Source: a virus (taxonomy: Duplodnaviria; Heunggongvirae; Uroviricota; Caudoviricetes). From it: 11,677 nucleotides of DNA. The stretch spans positions 1-11,677 of IMG/VR virus record IMGVR_UViG_2711768074_000029. One strand, given 5' to 3'. A model generated the notes under the pieces. The model saw only the letters and a program-made list of their open reading frames with translations, did no database searches and was not told the origin of the DNA. Shown here piece by piece: positions 1 through 6,304 of this stretch. Both the position numbers and the translations under genes were made by a program. The stretch's first letter is position 1, and every line of letters starts with the position of its first letter.

Positions 1-60
1 GGTATCCGTTCTGCTGAAGTGTCATGGCGTTGATTTTACGGTGACTCTTCGACAGTGAAA

Positions 61-83
61 AGAAAAAAGGCCGCAGAGCGGCC
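61..83 (-). terminator. Intrinsic terminator ending the leftward int-distal operon
   Basis: Stem ggccgc (69-74), loop aga, gcggcc (78-83); the plus-strand A-run 63-68 becomes a U-run directly after the hairpin on the minus transcript. Lies about 125 nt downstream of the stop at 209. Confidence 0.5.
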
Positions 84-208
84 ATAATTACATTCAAAAA
101 TCAATAAGTTGCATAATTATCAATAACTTACAGACACGCAAAAACACAGCCAACCACAGCAAGTAACAGGGATGTGGTCACTTTGTGGATCATATCGCCA
201 CCATAAAT

Positions 209-646
209 TTACTTAATAACAGTAACAACAGCCACAAGCACAGCCATCGCAGACAGGACAATACCTGTGAGTAGCCAAGTCTGATTTGCAAATGATTTCT
301 GAAGTTCAGTACGATGCTCAGCCATCTCAACTTTCAGAGACTGGCGCAAATCAGCCATCTCAGACTTCAGGGATTGGCGCGATTCTGCCATCTCAAGCCG
401 CAACCCTTCACGAATCTCCAGTACATCAAATTTGGTGGCAAAGGATTCACTTCTCGTGGTGAGAGTAATCAGGTTGTTTTTGATTTCAGTTACATCACTT
501 TCTAGGCAACTAACTCGCCGTTCAAGGTCGTCATTCATGCCATCGCCTCCATCATTACCACTTCCTGTCACTTGGTTGTTGGATACATTATTGGCATTCT
601 CTTTCTTTTTTCTGAACGGTAAGATTGCAGTACTGTCCGGCATCAT
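209..646 (-). CDS. Hypothetical coiled-coil protein with C-terminal transmembrane helix (tail-anchored); 145 aa, or 109 aa if it starts at the internal MNDDLERR
   Basis: ATG overlaps the upstream stop (ATGA coupling). The N-terminus is low-complexity (N/G/S-rich), the middle carries 11-residue repeats EMAxxRQSLKx, and the C-terminus WLLTGIVLSAMAVLVAVVTVIK is hydrophobic. No family recognised. Confidence 0.6.
   Translation of the reverse strand: MMPDSTAILPFRKKKENANNVSNNQVTGSGNDGGDGMNDDLERRVSCLESDVTEIKNNLITLTTRSESFATKFDVLEIREGLRLEMAESRQSLKSEMADLRQSLKVEMAEHRTELQKSFANQTWLLTGIVLSAMAVLVAVVTVIK
319..417. repeat. Three imperfect tandem 33-bp units inside the coiled-coil gene, in frame (encode 11-aa hendecad repeats)
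   Basis: Units start at 319 (cagccatctcaac...), 352 (cagccatctcaga...) and 385 (ctgccatctcaag...). Confidence 0.6.
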
Positions 647-1005
647 TTGTCATCACCCTGCTTACCTACCCAGCTCATAAAAGCTCGGGCCGAGTAACGA
701 TGAACAAACCCACATCTGTTGCAGGTAAGTCTGAATTCATAGTTATGGATATTTTTCCGATCATCTCCCTCATATCCCGGATACCCAGTAAATGGACCGA
801 TGTAATCAAGCATAATCAAAGCTCTTGAATTGCCCCCCTCAGCAGTTTTCACTTCAGCCCCATCCGCAATAGCCCCCGTCAAATACATGTGCATATCCGT
901 ATCGCCACACGACAAACATTTTTCATTCGCAGACGACTCATCGAGAAAACGAGCAAAATTATCAAGCGTTGCCATTCCTTTAAGTTCATCTATATCAAAC
1001 TTCAC
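643..1005 (-). CDS. Hypothetical zinc-ribbon protein (Cys4: C30, C33, C95, C98), 120 aa
   Basis: GTG start lies 2 nt after the int stop, with a strong SD (AGGAGG, plus 1015-1020 reverse complement) inside the int 3' end. CxxC...CxxC pairs KCLSCG and TCNRCG. No family recognised. Confidence 0.6.
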   Translation of the reverse strand: MKFDIDELKGMATLDNFARFLDESSANEKCLSCGDTDMHMYLTGAIADGAEVKTAEGGNSRALIMLDYIGPFTGYPGYEGDDRKNIHNYEFRLTCNRCGFVHRYSARAFMSWVGKQGDDK

Positions 1006-1007
1006 TT

Positions 1008-1985
1008 TTAAGCACCTCCTAGCGGATTAAATCTCACCGCATCCTGCAAGTAATCCGGCGCAAGATGGGCATAAATCATTGTTGTCTGAATCTTTGCGTG
1101 CCCCAGAATTTTCTGGAGCGTCAGAATATTGCCGCCGTTCATCATGAAATGACTGGCGAAGGTGTGGCGCAGCGCATGAACAGCCTGGCCGTCAGGAACA
1201 TCAGGTGCGACCGTTTTGATGACATCGCGAACCAATGGATAATCCAGCGTCGGAAACACCAGTTTCCCGCCCCGTTTTTTGATCTTTTCAAACAAATCTT
1301 CGGAGATTGGGACGGTACGGTTTTTACTGTTCTTTGTTTTTGAAAAAGTGATTCGACAATGCAGAACGCGGCGTTGCTCCAGTGCCGCTACCTCGCCCCA
1401 TCGCGCCCCGGTCGATAAAAGGATTTCAACAGCCAGCCGCTCATCGGGATTTTCAGCCAGTGCATCCAGCAACTGAACACATTCAGACTTACTCAGATAT
1501 CCCATTTCGCGTTCGTTAACCTTCATTCCTTTCAGACCTTGAACGGGGTTATCGTTAAGGAAATGGCCGGAAGAGATGAGTGCACTAAACATCGCGCTTA
1601 ACGCCCCAATCTCTCGATTTATGGTGCTGGGCTGTATCCCCTGCTCTATCCTGGACACACGTAGCTCGGTGAGCATCGTTGTATTAAGTTTATGCACGCA
1701 CGGGTCATCCATTGCCTCACTCAAGCGCAGCAATTTAAGGCGCGTGTTATGCCCTGACTTCATTAGCTGGCCGTGGTATTTCCACCACAAGTCAATAAGC
1801 ACTGACAGCGGACGGCGATCAATGGAGTTTCCTTTCCACTCATTGTTATGCTGTTGTGCCAGCACCCACCGCTCATATAAAACTGCATCCGATTTCGTTT
1901 TAAATTTTTTGCGAATGCGTTTGCCTTTACGCCCCTCCGGGCGCATGTCAAGAAGATACCCTCCCGGAATTGATTTTATGCTCAT
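1008..1985 (-). CDS. int: Tyrosine integrase, P2 Int family
   Basis: Translation from MSIKSIPGGYLLDMRPEGRKGKRIRKKF matches the P2 Int N-terminus pattern. The catalytic region (GARWGE...HALRHTFASHFMMNGG...LGHAKIQTTMIYAHLAPDYLQDA) has the R..HxxR..Y signature. I take ATG 1985 as start rather than the ORF-track start at 2135, which would overlap C by 100 bp. Confidence 0.9.
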   Translation of the reverse strand: MSIKSIPGGYLLDMRPEGRKGKRIRKKFKTKSDAVLYERWVLAQQHNNEWKGNSIDRRPLSVLIDLWWKYHGQLMKSGHNTRLKLLRLSEAMDDPCVHKLNTTMLTELRVSRIEQGIQPSTINREIGALSAMFSALISSGHFLNDNPVQGLKGMKVNEREMGYLSKSECVQLLDALAENPDERLAVEILLSTGARWGEVAALEQRRVLHCRITFSKTKNSKNRTVPISEDLFEKIKKRGGKLVFPTLDYPLVRDVIKTVAPDVPDGQAVHALRHTFASHFMMNGGNILTLQKILGHAKIQTTMIYAHLAPDYLQDAVRFNPLGGA

Positions 1986-2034
1986 TCGTGAACCCCCAGC
2001 GTTACAAGACCACCATGCCCCCAGCGTTCCATGA

Positions 2035-2346
2035 TTAGCCGGGCTGTGTGCCAGTCTTGCGGGGTTTTTGAGAAGGCGATGTGCTTTTTGGCCCATCAGG
2101 GGAGAGAGACGGACTGATCTGTCCTGCAGCCTCATTAGTTTTTCCTGTCATAAGCCATATTGTGTACTTTTCGAAATCTTTAGAATTAATTACGCGATCG
2201 ACAACACTTAAACCGACCTCTCTTTTACCACTCTCATAGTTCTTTATGGTTCCGAGGTTTATCCCGGTAACATCAGCAAACTCAGCTTGAGTTAACCCTT
2301 CACTCTTTCGTATCTCTTTCAGTTTTTTTTCATATCCACTTGACAT
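2035..2346 (-). CDS. C: Immunity repressor, P2 C-like (HTH)
   Basis: 103 aa. LTQAEFADVTGINLGTIKNYESG is an HTH, and the C-terminal YTIWLMTGK...AGQISPSL resembles P2 C (YTLWFMTNQ...SGQIAPAL, from memory). GGAG SD 6 nt before the ATG. Sits directly upstream of int on the same strand, as in P2. Confidence 0.8.
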   Translation of the reverse strand: MSSGYEKKLKEIRKSEGLTQAEFADVTGINLGTIKNYESGKREVGLSVVDRVINSKDFEKYTIWLMTGKTNEAAGQISPSLSPDGPKSTSPSQKPRKTGTQPG

Positions 2347-2437
2347 GGTGGTCTCCAGACGACTAAATTAATACTAAAGGTCGCCTAGTGACGACTTTTA
2401 GCAACAAATAACCACAGACAGAACAGGTTATCACATC
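2347..2437. promoter_or_regulatory. Divergent Pc/Pe-type immunity switch region with direct-repeat candidate operator half-sites
   Basis: 91 bp between the divergent C and cox-like genes. Direct repeats GACGACT at 2358-2364 and 2390-2396, 32 bp apart. Exact -35/-10 elements not confidently placed. Confidence 0.4.
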
Positions 2438-2722
2438 ATGGCAAAAGTCCTGAACACACACGAACAGGCAGACTTTGAGCGTTTGGCGGCGTTCTATCCA
2501 TACCGCGATGCGCATGGATTACCAATACTTGAAGAGAGTCTGAAGGATTACGCAAAGCGCACCAATCAAACTGTTAACGCAGTAAAAAGGCAGGCTGACA
2601 GAGCACTAATACCCATCAATCAGGGCGAAAAAGGTGGGAAGCGAACAGTAAATCTCTACGCGATTTTTCTGAAAACCATCAGGAACGCAGAGAAGTACGT
2701 TCAGATGACAGGACTTAATTGA
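2438..2722 (+). CDS. Cox-like excisionase / early regulator (first gene of early operon)
   Basis: 94 aa, in the position of P2 cox. The central segment YAKRTNQTVNAVKRQADRALIPINQ...GGKRTVNLYAIFL has the same HTH-then-basic-strand architecture as P2 Cox. Similarity judged by eye only. Confidence 0.5.
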   Translation: MAKVLNTHEQADFERLAAFYPYRDAHGLPILEESLKDYAKRTNQTVNAVKRQADRALIPINQGEKGGKRTVNLYAIFLKTIRNAEKYVQMTGLN

Positions 2723-2926
2723 ATGGTCAGCAACATCATCAACGCCATCTTGGCACTCGTGTTTATCGAAGTGGGCGTCGCAGCGATTTATCTGTTTCGC
2801 AAACTAACCGGACATGATGAGCGTTTTGTTGATCTCAGCATTGAGTTCATTGCCGCTTATACCAAAGGGCTTTTTCCGGCTGCCATTGGCTCGGTGCTTA
2901 TAGCGATTGTTCTCCGTTTATCATGA
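2723..2926 (+). CDS. Small hydrophobic (two TM-like segments) protein, 67 aa
   Basis: ATG immediately follows the cox-like stop. Hydrophobic stretches IINAILALVFIEVGVAAIYLF and AAIGSVLIAIVLRL. Confidence 0.5.
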   Translation: MVSNIINAILALVFIEVGVAAIYLFRKLTGHDERFVDLSIEFIAAYTKGLFPAAIGSVLIAIVLRLS

Positions 2927-2969
2927 AAAATCTCAGTAATTCATAATCATTGTAGCAAGGAGAGTCGTT

Positions 2970-3077
2970 ATGTGTGGACTGGATAAGATGGATCTTTTCT
3001 TAATCATAACACTATCAGTTAACTTTGGGGTTTTATTGGGCCTTGCGGTTGTCATGCAGGGGTATAAACGAAAATGA
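2970..3077 (+). CDS. Possible 35-aa membrane peptide
   Basis: AGGAG (2958-2962) 7 nt before ATG 2970. Translation MCGLDKMDLFLIITLSVNFGVLLGLAVVMQGYKRK. Too short to verify. Confidence 0.25.
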   Translation: MCGLDKMDLFLIITLSVNFGVLLGLAVVMQGYKRK

Positions 3078-3163
3078 ATAAGCAGAAGAAAAACAGCGAA
3101 CCCCGTTACACGAGGTTTCGCCGTAAGTACTTTGAAAATGGTCGTTATGCAGGAAAAGTTAAA

Positions 3164-3400
3164 TCAGTGTCTACGATTCGGCATTACAGCCCCGACCAAT
3201 TCAGCTTTAACAATATATTCCTGCAAGAATGCAACGAGGTCTTTTGCTTGCTCAAGAGTTAAACCAGTGAATAGCTCACCAGCCTCAGGAAGTTTTGCAT
3301 TATTGGCTAAATGATAGTGGAAACGTAAACAGGCAAGATTGTTTGCAGTAACACATTCAAGCCCAGCAGGAATATAGATAGGTACTTCTTTTTGGGACAT
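3164..3400 (-). CDS. Small antisense-oriented hypothetical protein (78 aa) inside the early-operon region
   Basis: Strong SD (AAGGAG, read on the minus strand) 8 nt before ATG at 3400. Translation MSQKEVPIYIPAGLECVTANNLACLRFHY...TLEQAKDLVAFLQEYIVKAELVGAVMPNRRH looks protein-like. Region is AT-rich relative to its neighbours. Confidence 0.4.
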   Translation of the reverse strand: MSQKEVPIYIPAGLECVTANNLACLRFHYHLANNAKLPEAGELFTGLTLEQAKDLVAFLQEYIVKAELVGAVMPNRRH

Positions 3401-3499
3401 ATTAATCTCCTTTCTGTTTGTGTGGAAACAACAGAATACCATGCGCCGGGCATGGCTAAAACCCGGCACCAATTCGTAACAGCGGCAGGATATTTTTGT

Positions 3500-3850
3500 A
3501 TGAAACAACGACGCAATTCTCCACAGCAGCGTTTCCGCAACGGTGCGGAACACCACGCTAACCGTTTCGCTACCAGTGCATCACGCAGCAACATCCGCTA
3601 CAGCCTGAGTGATACACACGCAACGCCGGATGGCTACCCAGTAAAACAAATCGGCGAGCACGCCTGGCTGATTGAGAAAGCTGGAATCGTGATCCACAAA
3701 TGCCCACGCAATCCGTTTACCGGAAACCGCATTTTTGCATTGAGCTGTGGCGACAATCAGTTCGGGCAGGATTTCACATTATACGAAGCACTTCGCACGG
3801 TTGATCGTCTGCTTCGCGGGCAAAGTTTTATTAAACAGGCTGATTTATAA
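3500..3850 (+). CDS. Hypothetical early protein (116 aa from ATG 3500; alternative starts 3452 or 3392)
   Basis: ORF 3392..3850. ATG 3500 has AGGA 9 nt upstream and avoids overlapping the minus-strand gene. No family recognised. Confidence 0.5.
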   Translation: MKQRRNSPQQRFRNGAEHHANRFATSASRSNIRYSLSDTHATPDGYPVKQIGEHAWLIEKAGIVIHKCPRNPFTGNRIFALSCGDNQFGQDFTLYEALRTVDRLLRGQSFIKQADL

Positions 3851-3860
3851 CAGGTGCTTT

Positions 3861-4148
3861 ATGACCAAAGACCATGCACAAGGTGTATTTATCCGTTTTA
3901 TTGATTTTCGCGGTGAACTGTTATTACGTGCATCCGCTATTGACGGAGTGACTCCGGCGGGTAAAAACGGAGCCGACGAAGCCACTTACGTTTATCTGAA
4001 CGGCACGCGACTGCTTCTGGAACTTCCGTACCAGACCGTACGAGAAATCATTAGCGAAGCTGAAAAGGCACGCCAGGCTAATGGCGATGAACCCTATATC
4101 GAAATTATTTGTATGGATTCAGAAGCTGAAATACAGAAAGCAGATTAA
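3861..4148 (+). CDS. Hypothetical early protein, 95 aa
   Basis: ATG 3861 follows the upstream stop by 10 nt, with AGGTG upstream. Translation MTKDHAQGVFIRFIDFRGELLLRAS... Confidence 0.55.
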   Translation: MTKDHAQGVFIRFIDFRGELLLRASAIDGVTPAGKNGADEATYVYLNGTRLLLELPYQTVREIISEAEKARQANGDEPYIEIICMDSEAEIQKAD

Positions 4149-4159
4149 AGGGCGTTGTG

Positions 4160-4402
4160 ATGGGCAAAGAATATAAAACTCTCATTAACAAAGCACTTGA
4201 GCGTTTTTATTTTCGCTTAAGTGCATCAGGCGCTCATGCTGAACGTGCGGCCCGTGACTCATTGACCAGAGCAATCCGAAGTCTGTATGACGTGGCTTTT
4301 TACGCTGATGATCTGGATGCACTTAACGAACTTTCCGAGCTGATCTGTGCCGCAGAATGCGGGGAACATATTGAACCGTATAAGCTGGGGAATATCGCAT
4401 GA
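4160..4402 (+). CDS. Hypothetical early protein, 80 aa
   Basis: ATG 4160 (GTG 4157 possible), with AAGGG upstream. Translation MGKEYKTLINKALERFYFRLS... Confidence 0.55.
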   Translation: MGKEYKTLINKALERFYFRLSASGAHAERAARDSLTRAIRSLYDVAFYADDLDALNELSELICAAECGEHIEPYKLGNIA

Positions 4403-4512
4403 GTATATTTATCTCATGGCTTGTTCTGATTATTTCGGTGGCCTGCGCTATTGGGATTATGCGAATTATTCATTCAATAAAAAAGATTGAACGTTTTTTC
4501 ACTGGCGAATAA
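4399..4512 (+). CDS. Possible 37-aa hydrophobic peptide, translationally coupled
   Basis: ATGA overlap with the preceding stop. Translation MSIFISWLVLIISVACAIGIMRIIHSIKKIERFFTGE. Confidence 0.3.
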   Translation: MSIFISWLVLIISVACAIGIMRIIHSIKKIERFFTGE

Positions 4513-4598
4513 CAGAGCAAATAAAACCACAGATAAAATAAGAAAATGTAAAAACAATCCGCATTAGCGGAGGTATTCGCACACGCCAAGGAGGCGTA

Positions 4599-4802
4599 AT
4601 GGCAATTAAGCATTTTCCTGTCGTTCGTTTTACCTCCAGAGGGCGTGAATACGAAGTCGACGAACGCCTGATTACCACAATCGACAAACACCGTTCGGAA
4701 AAGGATGCACACCACATCTACCTCACTGACGGCACTTACTTCTGCGCCACCAACGTGGCGCGGGTGAATCTTATCCGACAGGTACAGGAGCCACGCAGAT
4801 GA
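4599..4802 (+). CDS. Hypothetical protein, 67 aa
   Basis: Strong SD AAGGAGG (4588-4594) before ATG 4599. First of three ATGA-coupled genes. Confidence 0.6.
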   Translation: MAIKHFPVVRFTSRGREYEVDERLITTIDKHRSEKDAHHIYLTDGTYFCATNVARVNLIRQVQEPRR

Positions 4803-5065
4803 CCATTCTGGACTACATCGCTACCCATCCGGGTTGTAGCGGCGGAGAAATCGCCGCAGCACTGAATACCCCAACCACAGCCATCAATGCTGAGTTACGC
4901 CGACTCTGGCGCGGCGGCTTAGTCATCAGAACAAACCGCAGCACAGGTGGTCGCGCTCGCAAAGCAGGAGGCCAAGCTTCTTACCACGTAAACCCGATGC
5001 CGTTCGGGTGTAGCAATCCACTTACTCACATGTTTAACCAGCTACTGAAGGAAACCAGAGCATGA
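4799..5065 (+). CDS. Winged-helix DNA-binding protein, 88 aa
   Basis: ATGA overlap with the upstream gene. ILDYIATHPGCSGGEIAAALNTPTTAINAELRRLWRGGLVIR is a typical wHTH (recognition helix plus wing). Confidence 0.6.
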   Translation: MTILDYIATHPGCSGGEIAAALNTPTTAINAELRRLWRGGLVIRTNRSTGGRARKAGGQASYHVNPMPFGCSNPLTHMFNQLLKETRA

Positions 5066-5361
5066 GCACCATCAATCACCAGAAGCTACGCGAACTGGCA
5101 TTTGCCCTGCAACGAATGGCAACGCCTCAAAAATTACTGGTATTTCGCGCAATGCTCTCGCCGTCTGCTGTGCTGGCACTGCTGGATGAGCTGGAGCACG
5201 CCAGAACCACGGCTCCTGCCATTCGCCTGACGCTCCATCATGAAATCGCTGATTTCTGCGCGACGTTGAAGGCGCCAGGCGAACCGGAAACACCGGAAGC
5301 AATACGGCAAGAGCTGCTGCAACGCATTGACAAGGTTTTTGATTTTTTTCTGAACCAGTAA
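5062..5361 (+). CDS. Hypothetical protein, 99 aa
   Basis: ATGA overlap with the wHTH gene. Predicted helical and acidic; no family recognised. Confidence 0.6.
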   Translation: MSTINHQKLRELAFALQRMATPQKLLVFRAMLSPSAVLALLDELEHARTTAPAIRLTLHHEIADFCATLKAPGEPETPEAIRQELLQRIDKVFDFFLNQ

Positions 5362-5483
5362 GAAACCAGAACATGCACACACAAAAAAACCGCTTGCCAT
5401 GCCGCAATCAGTCAGGTTACATTTCCGCTGCACCTCACAAAACGGGTGTCGGGTTTCGCAGCCTGCTGACTACACAAGCGCAC

Positions 5484-5504
5484 AACCGCGCCAGCGGTTT
5501 TTTT
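5484..5504 (+). terminator. Intrinsic terminator-like hairpin within the early region
   Basis: Stem aaccgc (5484-5489), loop gcca, gcggtt (5494-5499), followed by a 7-T run to 5504. Confidence 0.45.
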
Positions 5505-5683
5505 GTGCGTACTGTATTGCCACGTTTTTTTCGCGTCAGAATTATGGCGGGGCGTACGGGGCCGACTTCGGTCGGGCCGGGTTCTTGTGTAGCCGGTACT
5601 GCGAACCTCGTACGTCTCGCCACCCACAGTTTCGCAGCTCTGGATGGTGAGTTTTCACAACTTACTACACAAGGGGCCACACC

Positions 5684-5860
5684 ATGGCAAACCGCAGACT
5701 TTCCCGCGCATCACGCGTCGCGCAAATCATGCACATCAATATGCTGCATGAGCGCAGCCACGCACTATCAAACATTTATTCCGCCTCTGTTTTCAGCTAT
5801 CTGGCGGATGATCTGCACGAGCTTCAACAGCTCATCCAGCAGCAAAACAAACTCCATTAA
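5684..5860 (+). CDS. Small hypothetical protein, 58 aa (below the ORF-track cutoff)
   Basis: AAGGGG (5671-5676) 7 nt before ATG 5684; stop TAA 5858-5860. Translation MANRRLSRASRVAQIMHINMLHERSHALSNIYSASVFSYLADDLHELQQLIQQQNKLH. Confidence 0.45.
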   Translation: MANRRLSRASRVAQIMHINMLHERSHALSNIYSASVFSYLADDLHELQQLIQQQNKLH

Positions 5861-5932
5861 TTCCTGTTCCGGGCCTTTCCTGCACCTTGCGGCGGGAGGC
5901 CTTCGCACATCTGTAACAAGAGGATTGCCGCA

Positions 5933-6298
5933 ATGATTCTCGCCAACGACTTTCTTGAATACCTGCTCAACACAGAACGTGATCTTGCCGCTCGCGTGCG
6001 TGATCGTTATGACATGTACCAGAAATCCCTGCCTGTACCGCAGCTCGCTGACGGAAAGATTGTTATTGATGGTCGCTACATGATTGACAGCCACGAGGGA
6101 AATTACAGGCTTTACCGCATTGAAGGTGGCACCCCGTCCGTTATTGGCATTTACCAGCGCCCATCCTCTGCAATCGTCGATGTGATTGCCGACAGCATCC
6201 GCATCACACATCGCCATGCCGACACAGAAGACACCGTGCTGGAAATTCAGCGGCTGGCTGCCGTCTGCCGCGACACCCTGAATGGCATGACGAAGTAA
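5933..6298 (+). CDS. Hypothetical protein immediately upstream of gpA, 121 aa
   Basis: AAGAGGA (5918-5924) 8 nt before ATG 5933. Stop lies 6 nt before the gpA start. Confidence 0.6.
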   Translation: MILANDFLEYLLNTERDLAARVRDRYDMYQKSLPVPQLADGKIVIDGRYMIDSHEGNYRLYRIEGGTPSVIGIYQRPSSAIVDVIADSIRITHRHADTEDTVLEIQRLAAVCRDTLNGMTK

Positions 6299-6304
6299 AT
6301 CACT

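Noticed and set aside
1-208. Looked for an attL core, tRNA / tmRNA 3' end or direct repeat marking the prophage boundary
   Set aside because: Nothing recognisable by eye; without the other prophage end or an empty-site comparison the boundary cannot be placed. The first about 59 nt could be the 3' end of a convergent flanking gene but are too short to call.
1576-2034. 152-aa plus-strand ORF
   Set aside because: Antisense to the integrase, whose identity is strongly supported.
2036-2135. Longer integrase start at 2135 (ORF-track 375-aa version)
   Set aside because: Would overlap the repressor gene by 100 bp; the P2 Int-like N-terminus begins at MSIKSIPGGY (ATG 1985).
3074-3314. Plus-strand ORFs 3074..3262 and 3132..3314
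   Set aside because: They overlap the better-supported minus-strand gene (strong SD, more protein-like translation). Not excluded: 3074 has an ATGA coupling to the upstream peptide ORF, so strand-specific data are needed.
5373-5936. 187-aa plus ORF across the non-coding island, plus minus ORFs 5412..5627 and 5435..5680
   Set aside because: Translations are S/T/C/R-rich and low-complexity, with no RBS; the region is better explained by repeats and RNA structure, and the 187-aa frame runs out of frame across the small gene 5684..5860.
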